In this document: positions 23,871 through 36,022 of the stretch, piece after piece
How positions within the stretch are numbered: the stretch's first letter is position 1
Layout: each line of letters opens with the position of its first letter
NCBI GenBank assembly: GCA_030141605.1
Contig: JAQGDQ010000002.1
Location: 1,488,001 to 1,552,000, forward strand
Reading direction: 5' to 3'
Source: Tubiluchus corallicola
Lineage: Eukaryota > Animalia > Priapulida
Length of the DNA stretch: 64,000 nt
Translations under genes and position numbers: made by a program
The notes under the pieces: model-generated
The model's database searches: none
What the model was told of the DNA's origin: nothing
Seen by the model: the letters and a program-made list of their open reading frames with translations, nothing else

Positions 23871-25718
23871 GTCCTCCAAATAATCTCTCAAATAATGCCA
23901 ACATACTATGATGGTTCCATGGCACTGTCAGATAATGTTATGGAAAAAGTGACAACAGAGAGACAAAAAGAAAGAGGAAAATGAGTGCCAGTAAATAAAG
24001 AGAAGAGAAAGAAAAGTGGCAAGAAAAAAGAGTAAGGAAAAAAGAATGTGTTGCAATTTGCTCATGTTCATGTTGTTGAACAGTGCAATCTGACATCACA
24101 AAAAGCAGGCCTAACAGCACATTAGTTGTAATACAACGAAAAAAACAGAACAGTAATTAAGAATATACACTGACAGAGTCACATTATGTTGTACTGAGGT
24201 ACAGCTTATCCCTATATGTTTGGGTAGATCTATTTTAGCGAAAGAGAAGAGATCCAATTAACTAATAGTTAAGGATTATATTGTTGTTGTGTTTGAAGCA
24301 GTTTGGTTGCGTAGATATCAGAAATAAAATATAAATGTGATAACCCAAGAAATGGGGGAAAGTGCGATAACACCATAGATCTCAACTGCACAAGTACATC
24401 AAAAAGTGTCTTATACAGTCTAGTACCACATACGCATGGCGCTTAAGTGCTATCAAGTGGCTGCACTTAAACACTGAAAGAAATCTAAATGTTAGAGCTA
24501 GTCAAATAAATTTGCAACTGTACTAACCTTACACTTGAAACAGAGAATATGTTGAAACTGTTGACTTGCAACTGTACTAATCTTACACTTGAAACAGAGA
24601 ACACATTGAAACTGTTGACTTGTAATGGGAGCAGCAGCTCCAACAACCATATTTTTCATATAGCACTGTATGATCATTCTAAACGATTCTATGCCAAAAC
24701 ATTTCGAGCATGTTTGAAACCCAGAGTTAATATAGCCTACCATCACACTACAGCATAGCCAGCAATTGTTATAGAATCTTAGATATTCTATTCATTCCGT
24801 TTTCCAAGTTTTGATGTTTCACAAATTTACAGTGACAAAAGTGTGATTAAAATTTGATTTTACTTATTCTAATTTGTCACTGATTTAATTTAAATTTCCT
24901 GGATTAACAAAAGGTAACAGTTGATTTACACTTATAAAAAAGTAAATTAAAAAACTTATTATCACTTGAAACATCTTTGAAAAGTCTCTCTTTACAGAAG
25001 TCGCTATGTTTCAATAGTAATTCACTACAACTTGCTGGCAAATGCGGTATGTGTGAGAGCACCATGTCTTCAATGGTGTGGGCTCTCCATTCCTTCGCAT
25101 CAGTTTATCCTAAGCTATAATACAAACATTGCTCTTAATCTCTGCCAAATCTGAGCTTCTCTGTTGAAGTCAGCTCTAACATTACATCTTAGGCAGACAG
25201 GTCTGCAGTTGTGAATTGTGTAGTACTGCTTAAAAGTAAACGCTAAATACACAGCGAGATTAGCTGAGACTTGCCACTAGCAAATGATTTCCAACACTCA
25301 CAGCAAAGAAATTTACTCAAAATAGAAACAAAGGCGGTGTATACAAAATCTTCGAACAACAGATTATAATCAATCGGGAATTGGGACTGGTACGATAATA
25401 CCGTAATAATACATATATTGAAACTAAAAAAGTAATAAAAATTTCTAAAATATTTATTGCAGGGTAGCGGTGTAATAAAAATAATTATCATAACAATTCT
25501 TACTTTATAAAGGTTGTTTTCCCGGTTGAATATTGACCAACTAGCAAAACCAGTGGCTTGGCATCAAAGTCCGGATCAGTCAATTGTGGCGAATGGAACT
25601 CGTGAAATAAGTAAGTTTCCTCTAGTGGTAATATTTTCGTTTTGTATAACTTCTTTAGTCCTGATAACACGTTATCAAACACTTCAGGTTCTTTCGAGCC
25701 TCTGCCAAACCACTTCAT
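18686..25718 (-). CDS. EHD1: EH domain-containing protein (EHD1/3, Past1, RME-1 ortholog), 537 aa
   Basis: Exons 25718-25504, 23198-22511, 20643-20536, 19288-18686 (1614 nt, in frame). P-loop [28 protein letters not shown], helical region, and C-terminal EH domain ([46 protein letters not shown]). Confidence 0.97.
21110..21456. mobile_element. Possible non-autonomous (Helentron/HINE-like) interspersed repeat in EHD intron
   Basis: GC-richer block with a short terminal hairpin-like GGCCAC..GTGCCC. Its core TAACTCACACATGCACAGGCTAAGGTCACGAAATTCACAGGA resembles 45797-45839. Class assignment is tentative. Confidence 0.3.
23812..23868. repeat. (TA)n microsatellite
   Basis: Run of TA dinucleotides with one interruption, in EHD intron 1. 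Confidence 0.95.
24512..24622. repeat. 54-bp tandem duplication (2 copies)
   Basis: TTGCAACTGTACTAACCTTACACTTGAAACAGAGAATATGTTGAAACTGTTGAC repeated from 24566. Confidence 0.85.
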
Positions 25719-27139
25719 ATTTTATTTCCACCAATTATTTAAATAAAAATTTTCAAAAACGAAATAAAATTACACGGTAAAAACCGGACCCTCCTCTATA
25801 TGACATGATGTGTACACAACAACTGCTTAGTCATCGGTTCTTGGGCAAGCCTGTAATGGTGCTTCCGTCTATCGAGAAAGCTCAAAGCTAAAACATTCTA
25901 AGAATTTTTGGATTACAATTTTAGGGTGATTTTTTTAAAAACAAGAGAAAAATTCATTGTTGTTTTGTCACAGTTTTATCAAAACAATGTGAGTGCTGAA
26001 AAATGTTATCAACATTTTTCAACCCAAATTTGTAGCATTTTTTGTAAAAATTAAATTTGTTCAAAATTCACGCGAAGATTGGAAAAGTTGTGTAACAATA
26101 AAAATGTTTTGGTCCCCTAATATTAGTTGCGATAGTTGTAAAGTTATAATTGTCAAGCCCCTGGTAATGTTCATATTAATCATTCATCCAGTTTTCTATG
26201 TAAGACGCTTTTTATCATTATACCTTGCGTACGCATGAAATAAAAGTTCATGCGTTTGTACATCAAATGTATTGAATGAATAAAGACGGATGAGTCCACT
26301 TGACACTGTTGAAAGTTCATAATAAATGTTCTGCTAAACTGTTGGCTTATTTTTGACCAAAATCTTATGCTAATGCAAGCTTAAGTTTTCCCCGGAGCTG
26401 CTACTGTTCTATGCAAACCTCTTTAAAAACATTTCTCACTAAGTACAGGAACTTGTGAAGTTTAAAAAAATGTCAGTAATATGCAGCAGCTTATTTTATA
26501 GCCGCTGCCTTTTCACTGCCTGACACCTGCTACATGCAGTTTAATACATGTGCGGAAAATTTCCTAGTGTTGCCTCATACTATTGCAGCACATCATTGCA
26601 GTGCAACAGTTCAATACATGTGCAAAGAATTTTCTGGTGTCGCCTCATACTCTTGCAGTGCATTCAATAAAGTATTAAAAAATTATTAGATTCACCATTC
26701 ATGGCTGTACTATTGGAAGCATAAGCTAGACTAACTGAACTTTTCAATTTAGTGGGAACTGGTCGTACATAAATAGCTGAAGCTTGACAAGGCTAAAGTT
26801 TAATGTGGCTTTAAATGTTAAAGTTCTTGACAAACAAATCATGTGGCATACTTTCCCATTCAGTTATACACTCACATGTGAGTGAACATTAATGTTAAAA
26901 ATGTTACTTAATAATTTGTAGGCCCTACTGAAATACGCACACAGTTTTTAATAACGTTACACTCAGCACACTACAAGCATTCCTGATTAGGCAATTAATT
27001 CAGTTTCACAGCAGCAATTAAAAAATCAATGCAGCTGCTAAAATTACAGTAAGAAACAACTACATGGCTTCAATTCAGTTCGTGTTACAGTAAACACATT
27101 TGTGACAAGGTAACGTGTTAATTAGACTCAACAGTTATA

Positions 27140-28111
27140 ATGGCAAAGCATTTTTTAAAGAATAGTTTTAATAACAACTCCGAAGATGGTGTATTCAGCA
27201 GTACACTTGGAAGACTTACATCATCGTATGACATACTCATGTTCGCAGCCACACTTTTTGTAAGTTTAGGAACAGTGTTTCTGAATGGCCTGGTTATTGC
27301 AGCCATATGCAAGTTCAAGCGTTTGAGAACATTCAACAACAAGTTACTTGCTAATCTGGCAGTTATTGACTTAACCTGGGGCGTTTTCATACCGGTAATG
27401 TCAATTTCGATCACAGTCAACCCACACACAGGGATAGTCTACTGCTGTGCGATGGATTTCGTTTTCATGTTTATTTTAATTCTGAGTATGAGCGTCTTAA
27501 CGTTTATCACCTATGACAGGTATGTAGCCATAATTTATGCCGTGAAATATAAAGCCTATGCAAATCAAAAGCGATTTGTCTTCTTTGTGGCAATCTCTGT
27601 GTCATGTTTGCTGATGTTGGCAACCATCTCTTCAGTACAGATACCTTGGAATTGGGTTTCGGGACAAGCGTGTCTTGGAGAACTATTAAACTGGCCCTGG
27701 TTCTGGAACTTCATTGCGTACCATTACGTTGTAGCTATAGGCTATATGATATTCAGTTACACAGCTATTATCAAATCTGCAGTTCAGCACGTTCAGAAGA
27801 TCAATAACATTAGAAATACCCACTCGCCTTCAAGTGTAGGTTTTGTCATACAGATAAGAGCAACCAAAATGTCAGCTATGATCATTGCTTCATCAATGAC
27901 ATGTTTAGCGCCTAATGTCCTTCACATGATGATCATCAGCATAACAAGAGAAGAAAACGAAAACTGGAACAAGATCAGGGGATTTGGAATGGTGGCAAAC
28001 TCTTTCTTGAATCCGTTAATTTACATGCTGAGCAATCGGGAGTTTCGTAAATGCTTCAAGAAACTTCAGCTGTGCAAGGTAAATGGAAACCCCGAAATTT
28101 CACATTCTTAA
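27140..28111 (+). CDS. Intronless rhodopsin-like (class A) G protein-coupled receptor, orphan, 323 aa
   Basis: Seven hydrophobic segments; TM1 LNGLVI, TM2 NLAVID, TM3 YDRYVAI, TM7 NSFLNPLIY followed by NREFR helix 8. Confidence 0.92.
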   Translation: MAKHFLKNSFNNNSEDGVFSSTLGRLTSSYDILMFAATLFVSLGTVFLNGLVIAAICKFKRLRTFNNKLLANLAVIDLTWGVFIPVMSISITVNPHTGIVYCCAMDFVFMFILILSMSVLTFITYDRYVAIIYAVKYKAYANQKRFVFFVAISVSCLLMLATISSVQIPWNWVSGQACLGELLNWPWFWNFIAYHYVVAIGYMIFSYTAIIKSAVQHVQKINNIRNTHSPSSVGFVIQIRATKMSAMIIASSMTCLAPNVLHMMIISITREENENWNKIRGFGMVANSFLNPLIYMLSNREFRKCFKKLQLCKVNGNPEISHS

Positions 28112-29501
28112 GTACTTACTACAGTTTCAAGCAACAGGCATTGATAAAGCATCAATTAAATTTGAGTGAACACTTTGGGATTACACACTGATACAAAGAA
28201 CAATTATTGTAGATGATAATAATCTGCAATGTTACTATCAGATTGCAAAGCTGCCCTTTTAATAATTTGTTACAAAACGTTTTAAGTGACACAGGCATAA
28301 TTTAAATACTTCATTGGAGACGAGTCACCGTGGTTAGTAGGACACAGTCACTGTAAAAACATGCCAAAATAAAAAGAATGACAAAAGTGTGTTACACTCA
28401 GTGCCCATTGAATACCACACAATCATCACTTTGGATTATTGTTCACAGTTTTGGTAAGACTATTCTCACTGCAAAAATTTCATGAACTACGAATCAAGCA
28501 ATTACAGTTGGTAACATTTAGAAATACAAAGAGAAGCCAAGCAGACGACACATGATGACAGGTGAGAATGACATAATTATCTTGAAAACTTTAAATATTC
28601 TGTAAAATAAAGTTAATACACAACTAGATTCATTATACAGTATTTATTTTAACAGTCTGTGAATAATAACTTGTGTATTTCATTATACAATGATTATCAG
28701 TTGTAATATGTATGTTCAGTAACAGTAATTATAACTCCATTAATCACTTAATGGCATGTATAATTTAATGTCATTTATGACTTAAGCAACTTAATGGCAT
28801 ATATCACGTTTGAATTTTTTGCAGCTGTAAAAAAGCATCATAACAACATGCATAAGCTTAGTAAGTAAGATTGTTGCAAAATAATAACATGTATTACTAC
28901 AACAGCAAAAGTCTAATTCTACTCTACATAAATTCAATAATACAAACAAATTAAAACATCATATTTGCATAATTAACGCTGTACAGCCTCTTATATGTTT
29001 ACAATAAAGAAATTTCTCCTTGAACATTAACAATAATAGGCTATGTATAATGATTTGAAAATAAATTTGATGCATATACAACGGTTGACACCTTTAGGCA
29101 GAAGGTATATAATTAAAAACTAAATTTCTTTTTGTTCTGCTGTGACAAAACTTTAATAAAACAGTATTTAGTATTAACACTATAAATCAAAGACAAACAA
29201 AACTATACATAGATAAATTTCAATGTAGTTTTTTGGTGTTTTTCTGCAATTTCTGTCAATAAAAATGTTGTTGCATGTCACCTTTCAATCTAAGGGCGCG
29301 AACACTTGTAAAATCTTGTAGAACACTTGTAAACTCAGAAAGCTTGTAAAATCACACTTATTATCAGTGCTGATTCATGCTGGTTGGTGGACATAACAGA
29401 CACGGGAATCAGAAAGCTGACTGATTCTTTTGCTTTGCATTCCCCTTTTTTTCAGAAGACAGTTTTTCTAGGTATTCGTTGTCAAAAACAATACAGAAGA
29501 A

Positions 29502-29742
29502 ACTAGTATGCCTAATAGAGGTACAAATCCACGCATTCATATAAAGTCACCATGAGGAAAATTTATTATAGACCATGTGGCCTCGACTTTTGATCCTTAG
29601 AGCAAAACAATTGATTTCCAGATCCTTTCCAGAACAGCGATATGCCAAAATTAATTATTAGGCTTATAAGTTCGTCCAAGTATCCTGTCACACAGACAGC
29701 TAAACAGACACACATGAATATATGCCATGCCTTTGGCATAAC
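29502..29742 (+). mobile_element. HINE/Helentron-like non-autonomous element (tentative)
   Basis: Starts ACTAG in an A-rich context, has a (GACA/CACA) microsatellite at about 29688-29713, and ends in a perfect stem-loop TATGCCA-TGCCTT-TGGCATA (29721-29740). Confidence 0.45.
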
Positions 29743-30896
29743 TATGGTCTTAGACTATCCCAAAAATGTGAAATTAGGGAGTAGTGGTCATCATTAAAAT
29801 TTTGTTTTTGCAGCTAAAGCCGATCAAGGGAAAATATGTGAGAAACCCTTGTCAATTTCCAGCTGTACAGAATTTTTTCTATTTGTAACAGCAGACAGAA
29901 TTTGTTTGACATGTTCCTAGATGTTCAAAAACCGATCGTTTCTTCAGTATTTATATAAAAGAAGAGAAATGGCCAGCCAACTATACAATTATGTTATTTA
30001 CCAGCACTCCTAAAGCGCGAAAAATGTTTCGCACATTCTTGTAAACTTCTAAGTGCGGGAAGCAAGCATTTATAAGCCAGCATGAGCGTCTGTTATGCGC
30101 AGTTGCATATATTACCATAGAACTTTCTTGTAGCTTGTTTGTGATGGTAGTACAAGTGCTGAAAACCACCACGTTCACTGTGTCCGTATCCTAATTTACT
30201 AAACCTATATTCGGTATGGGCAAGTAAATGGTTTTTACTTTATTTGAAATGTTAGACTGCCAATTTCAAAAATTAGATTGGCTTTCATGGGTATTAGTTT
30301 GACAAAATCTTATCTGAAAATAGACTGAAAAACAACAAATCAAACTTACCAGTGCTACTGGAAAAAATGAGTAACAATATGGGTAAAATATTACAATGGA
30401 AGATAGTCATCTCATATGAAGAATAATAAAATGCATATTTTTTTTAACGTGGTTTTCCTATAGCAGCCTTAATCCCAGGATTGCAAAAGTTGAGGTTTAA
30501 TACAGTATTACAGTAAGACTTGCACAAAAAATTAAAAAACGGCATCAAAGTTGACTGCCATTACTAAAAAAGTGCTAAGATTTCTCCAACATTGTCTTAA
30601 CTTATATGTGAGTCACATTTTAGCAAATTTTCACAAATTACAAATGCATCAGAGATACATAACTTTTTAATTACAGTTATTGTATGTTTTGTGAAACAAA
30701 AGTCATTATAGTGCATAAATTTGTATCTATCCTCAATATTGTACGAATAACATCATCAAAAAATATTTCCTATAATTAAAGCAGAAGTAGCAACACAGCA
30801 AAGATGCATGACATAAACAAGACCTTATAAAAGTACTAAATTAACATTTGCAAATAAATAAATTATTATAATCTAAATGTCAAGATTCATTTTAAT

Positions 30897-31376
30897 GCAG
30901 CACAAACTCACAATTAACTAAACTTTGATATCAAACTTGAAAGACAGGAAATGTAAAATAGTTGGCGTACAGCAAGGGACCTTATGTTATCCAAGGCAAA
31001 TGCCTTAGACCAATAGGACACCGCATTCCACTGTGATCGCTGATCAAGCTGGCCAACCGAATTCAGCATTTCCGATATTAAGTCACTCACACCAGAGCAA
31101 TTTAAACTAACTACATTAATATTCCTATTTTGATCAAAAATTAATCTAATTAGCTGGAATCTCTCTATTGTGGGTGGTCTAACATTGAAAATGCTGAATT
31201 TGATTGGTCAGCTCAAGTGAATAGGCTATAGACTGCCTTGATCACTGAGGAATATGGTGGCTTAGTTGTCTAAGGCATCTGCCTTGTAAGCAGGTCCCTG
31301 GCTGTATTCCAACTTTTTCACATTTGTCTTTCAAATATTGTATCAAAATTTATTTAACTGTGGATTTGCACCACCT
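30897..31376. mobile_element. Long foldback element/MITE with about 230-bp imperfect arms containing tRNA-like segments
   Basis: 30897-31120 is the degenerate reverse complement of 31141-31376 (e.g. AAGGCAAATGCCTTAGAC / GTCTAAGGCATCTGCCTT; AATTCAGCATTT / AAATGCTGAATT; TTGAAAGACA / TGTCTTTCAA). Confidence 0.8.
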
Positions 31377-31554
31377 AAAAGTTTGCAAAATCAAGAAACT
31401 ACTTTGAACCTAAAGTATCTCACACAATTAATATGAAGTTGTTAAACTGTGGACTAGACAGCAGGAATGTTACTTAATTAATTGCATAAACATACTAGGC
31501 ATTTCGTATGCCAGCTGTTGAATGCTGTCTTCTAATGTCTCTTAGTTATACACA

Positions 31555-34500
31555 TCAATTGAGAAACCGGATGCTCATTTTCTGTTCTACATCAATTCGT
31601 TCAACAGCCTGAAAAACAATTTGCAAAGATGTTTGCATTTGAAAGCCTTCATTTCCGCTTGAATATCGTAAGTAGCTTATACAAATCACTGTTAAAATAT
31701 CAATTGAAAATACCTTGCAAAATTCTTCGAAACTGATCATGCTATCCCCATCTGTGTCAGCTTCACTGATAGTCCGGTCTGCTATGCTACCCAACTGAAA
31801 ATAAGAAACGTGTGTTATTGATTGTTGGTATCTCAATGTTAATGTCAAGCAATTTAAACTTAGTTTTATAACGTCATTTTGCACTTTTGAATTTGCAGAC
31901 TTTAATCAAGGTGTTTGAAGCAAGCCAGTCTATGTCATGTGAGCTACATTTTAGTTTAATACTATACACCACTTATCAATTACACCTGCTTTTTTGCACA
32001 TATTCATATTACCTGTTGTCGCTATGCATGCTGATCATGCCATTAAGTGATACCTGAATTTAACACTCAGTTACTCATAGCCAAAGTTATTACCAGTGTA
32101 AGTCGATAGCATCTACTTAATAATTAATCAATAATTCAAAAGCGTCATAAATTAATTACCTCAAATCTCTACAATTGTAATGCAATAATTTCTGTTTCAG
32201 TCTTTTTAAATCTAATTTTTTACCTTGCCTAAATTGTAATTATTTTGTAGCATGTGTAGCACGTGTTTAAGCACTTTTTTGTGATCTGTTATTTTAGTAA
32301 ATTGCAAGTCTATCACACCATTCAATGCTGGTTTTTCCTGTTTCTTTGCCTGGACTAGGCGCATCCACATCCATATTATCTCATATCTCATTAATAAGTT
32401 ATTTTTTGTACTGCTGCTTATCGCCTCACTTCAGATAGGTACACTGCACCACGTTACACTTTTAACAGGGGCTCTTTAAAAAATGTATAAAGTTCAAATC
32501 TGCACAGATTGAAACAAAAACCAATATAGCCCATACTCAACCCATCTGGAGCGGCCATAAAAATCAATATGGCCCATACTCAACCCATCTGGAGCGGTCA
32601 CAAAAATAAATATGGCTCATACACGACCCATCTGGAGAGGTCAACTTTCTAGATTTTTCCATGGCCGAGAAACAGCGGGGACAGACAGAAGCAAAAATTT
32701 TATAAAAAAATTACCTGTTCCTCAGATATGTTTGTCCCGACCATCATGTGTAATACAGCTAACAGTTCTGACCTGTTGATTTTATTGTCTTCATCTAAAT
32801 CATACATTCTGAAAGCAACTAATAACAAAACAATAACATTTTCTGGTTTGTTGATAATAAAGCAACTATACAAAAGATAACAGCCATGAAAATAGACAGG
32901 CTTTTCAACTTTATAAAACAACATAAAATAACATTAAAATTTTAAGAATGGCACGATGATATTGAATGTACAAGCAGAAAAATAACATGCAAGCATCCAA
33001 AAATGTTAATGTTACTAATCTTTAATAACATCAATGAATATAGTTTGTTTCCATTTTTCAATGACATCCATTTGAGTACCAAAAACTGACATGTTACTAT
33101 CGAGTTCTACAGTCACACTTATACACAAATACCAAAATACGACTGCTACCACAATAGTACCATTTTAGATGGAGAAACTAACTACCAATTACTTCAGCTT
33201 AGCATTCAGATTAATTTAAAAAATTTTTATCAAAATTTCTATATCAGCACTCATAGGAAAATCACACATCAACTAATATAATAACAAAAACTAATTAATA
33301 TCAGTGCGCAGAATTTATTTTTAGTCTACGTAAACACAACAACAGCATAAACACAGACCTGAAATGCTTTATTTACTTCAGTATGATCTTCGAATGAACT
33401 CTGATGCTATAAAAATCACGAGAATTATAAGAAATAATTGGAATCTTATAATTACAGAAAAATGACTTCGTAATTACACAGAATAATAACTAGGTAAATC
33501 AACCAAATCAAGTGTAAGTTTATAAATACTCACATTTTAACTTTTCATCTTTACAATTGAGTTTGTTCTCTTTGCTTTTGCTCAAAGGACGGAATCGGGC
33601 AAGCACTCTCATAAATTGTCGAAAATTCACTGTATCGTCTTGGCTAAAATGAGAAACAGGACATAAATTAAAATATTCTGAAATTATTTAAACTGAATAA
33701 CTACAGGTCACATGCAAACAATTTTAATAACTACAGGCCCACAGAAAATAAGCACGTTAAACTTATTCATAATTTTGATTTCAAGATTGCGTAACTCATC
33801 ATCCAATGTTTGAATAATTATAACGTAACAAACACTAAGCCATTACGTGACAAATTTAAAGAATTTGAAATTCAATTTGCTAAATAACAAATCGCAAGTT
33901 CTTTCCAACCTTTTTTATCCTTATGCTACGAATTTGGCATTCTCTGTTGCTGTCCTGCTCATTTGGCACAACCTCCCTTATGAAGCTAAAAACTGCAGTT
34001 GTTTAACAACTTTTAAAATTAAACTTAAGGCTTTCCTATTTAATGAGTATTTCATTTAACTTTTTAAACGGTACATAGCTAATTTGACCCAAAAACTTTT
34101 CACTGACTTTTTGATGCAAGTCTTATACTGTTGTAAGATAAATGTTGGCAGATTAAATATTATGCGCTGTAACATTATTATTTTTCTATGTATGTGATCT
34201 GTGTAAGCTTATTTTAATTGAGATTTATTGCTAATTGCTAGTTGTTGTAAAAACCCATGAGAAGAATACGTATCACATTTTTAAAAAACAAATATTATTA
34301 TTTAAAGGTCAACTTCAACATTCAAACAGTTAGATATGAAACCCAATGTTTGCACAATTACAAAATGATTTAATTATAATTATCATGCACTATTATTTAT
34401 AAGCACTAATATGCAATTATAATACATACCTTTCCTGGAAGAATGCATGAACAATACGGTCTCCTAGTGGATTAATTGCCAACTCTGGTATCCTAAGGAA

Positions 34501-36022
34501 ATCTTCACGGCTGGAAAAAAGAAAAAAATGCATTAAAATGATTGATGTGAAATAAATGTTTAAAAAGTTTTGACATAAGAATGCTTTAACAGATGCATAC
34601 ATTAAAATATTTTTAATCTATCCCAGTTAGATATCACAGAAGACGTAAGGGTAAATAACAACAGCCTCAAAATGCCCTGCATGCTTTAAAAACTATTTTC
34701 GCTTATGTAACTTTGAAATAAAAAATAAATAAACAAATTGCAAGTACTCATATCTCAATTAACAATTTATATTTTTTGCTTGTATGCAATTTCACTGTAT
34801 TCAAGCTACAGCACGTAACACTCTCAAAAAATGGTGGCATTAGTTCATAAGTGGCACTGTGGTAGAAAACCACCCTCTAAAAAGATCAAAGTTTCTTGAA
34901 CTAATAAGGCCTACTCGATCCACTACTTAATTTTTCACATTTCTGCGCAATATATTTATGTAATGGCTCATACAATACAACACGTACCAATAATGTGACA
35001 GCCATCTTGACAGACAAACCAACTAAAGCCATCATGTTACACTAATGTCCAGTATACAACAATGAAAAACTATGAAATACACTCACATGCACTAGACAAA
35101 TTCATCACGTACACATGTAATATTCCATTGTAAATAGTCTCAAATTAACAAACAATTAGAATTTGAAATTATAAACACAATATTCACATAGTACCTTTGA
35201 TTTAATAAGGTTAGAAGTGGCTTCTTTATAGGGTGCTACTACAACAAGCAAAAATTCCAGCACTTACAGGTAACCAAAAAAATTCTTTGTGAAACCAAAC
35301 ATTTATTGATAGGTGGAAAGGTTGCAATAGCCTGTCATCGATAAAAGAAATCCCAGCTCAGTTAGAAGTTGTTAAGTGAGAATTTACTGTTCTTTCCTAT
35401 CGGTATTAAAATGCAATTGACATAAATTTTACACGAAGACAACTGATTTGACATACAAACCTTAGCACTCCATTATCACCTTTGTCAAGACTAGTAAACC
35501 GACTGTACAGTCGTACTATTTGATTTGCTGAAACTGAAAAAAAATAAAGTGAATTTGTGGCTGTTGATGGCAATTCAGCCATGTTGTGATAAAATTTCTC
35601 AATTAGTGTTCACTGGCAAAAAATATTCAACTGTTCACTGGATAAAAAAGAAGTTATGCCATTTGCAATGAATAATAAAGAATGCTATGCCGAATCGGCT
35701 TAACATCAAAATGACTTTCTTTTTGTTCTCAAATTTCCCAATACATATAAAAACCAATTTGAATCAAATGCAGCTTATACTGTAAAACAGTTAAATTTGA
35801 CAGTCCAAACAAACCTGCCTAACCAGGAATCAAATACTTATGTGAGTTTCCTCATATGAACTGTGATGCACTTTTGATTTCTGATGCATTCAGGCAGCAG
35901 AATTTTGCAAAATGCAATTGTACAAAAGTCTAACATACAATTATGAAAAACTTACACCCAGTTTCATCTTGTATAGCAGCAATTTCTTCTTCTTGGAGCA
36001 TTAATGATGATCTATTACCCAT
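31555..36022 (-). CDS. CHP1: Calcineurin B homologous protein 1 (EF-hand, N-myristoylation consensus), 189 aa
   Basis: Exons 36022-35956, 35533-35461, 34510-34430, 33643-33534, 32818-32715, 31794-31714, 31608-31555 (570 nt, in frame). MGNRSS..ETGFSANQIVRLYSRFTSLDK..REDFLRIPELAINPLGDRIV..VNFRQFMRVLARFRP..FAFRMYDLD..ADRTISEADTDGDSMISFEEF..DVEQKMSIRFLN. Confidence 0.97.
32516..32643. repeat. 43-bp tandem repeat, 3 copies
   Basis: Unit AAAAATCAATATGGCCCATACTCAACCCATCTGGAGCGGTCAC; copies start at 32516, 32559 and 32602, with no spacers. Confidence 0.9.
33760..34059 (+). mobile_element. L2-type LINE 3' fragment in CHP1 intron
   Basis: DFKIA..CLNN, then AFSVAVLLIWHNLPYEAKNCSCLTTFKIKLKAFLF, typical of the end of L2/CR1 ORF2. 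Confidence 0.7.

Noticed and set aside
32516-32643. CRISPR-like array
   Set aside because: Units are head-to-tail without unique spacers, there are no cas genes, and the context is a eukaryotic intron.
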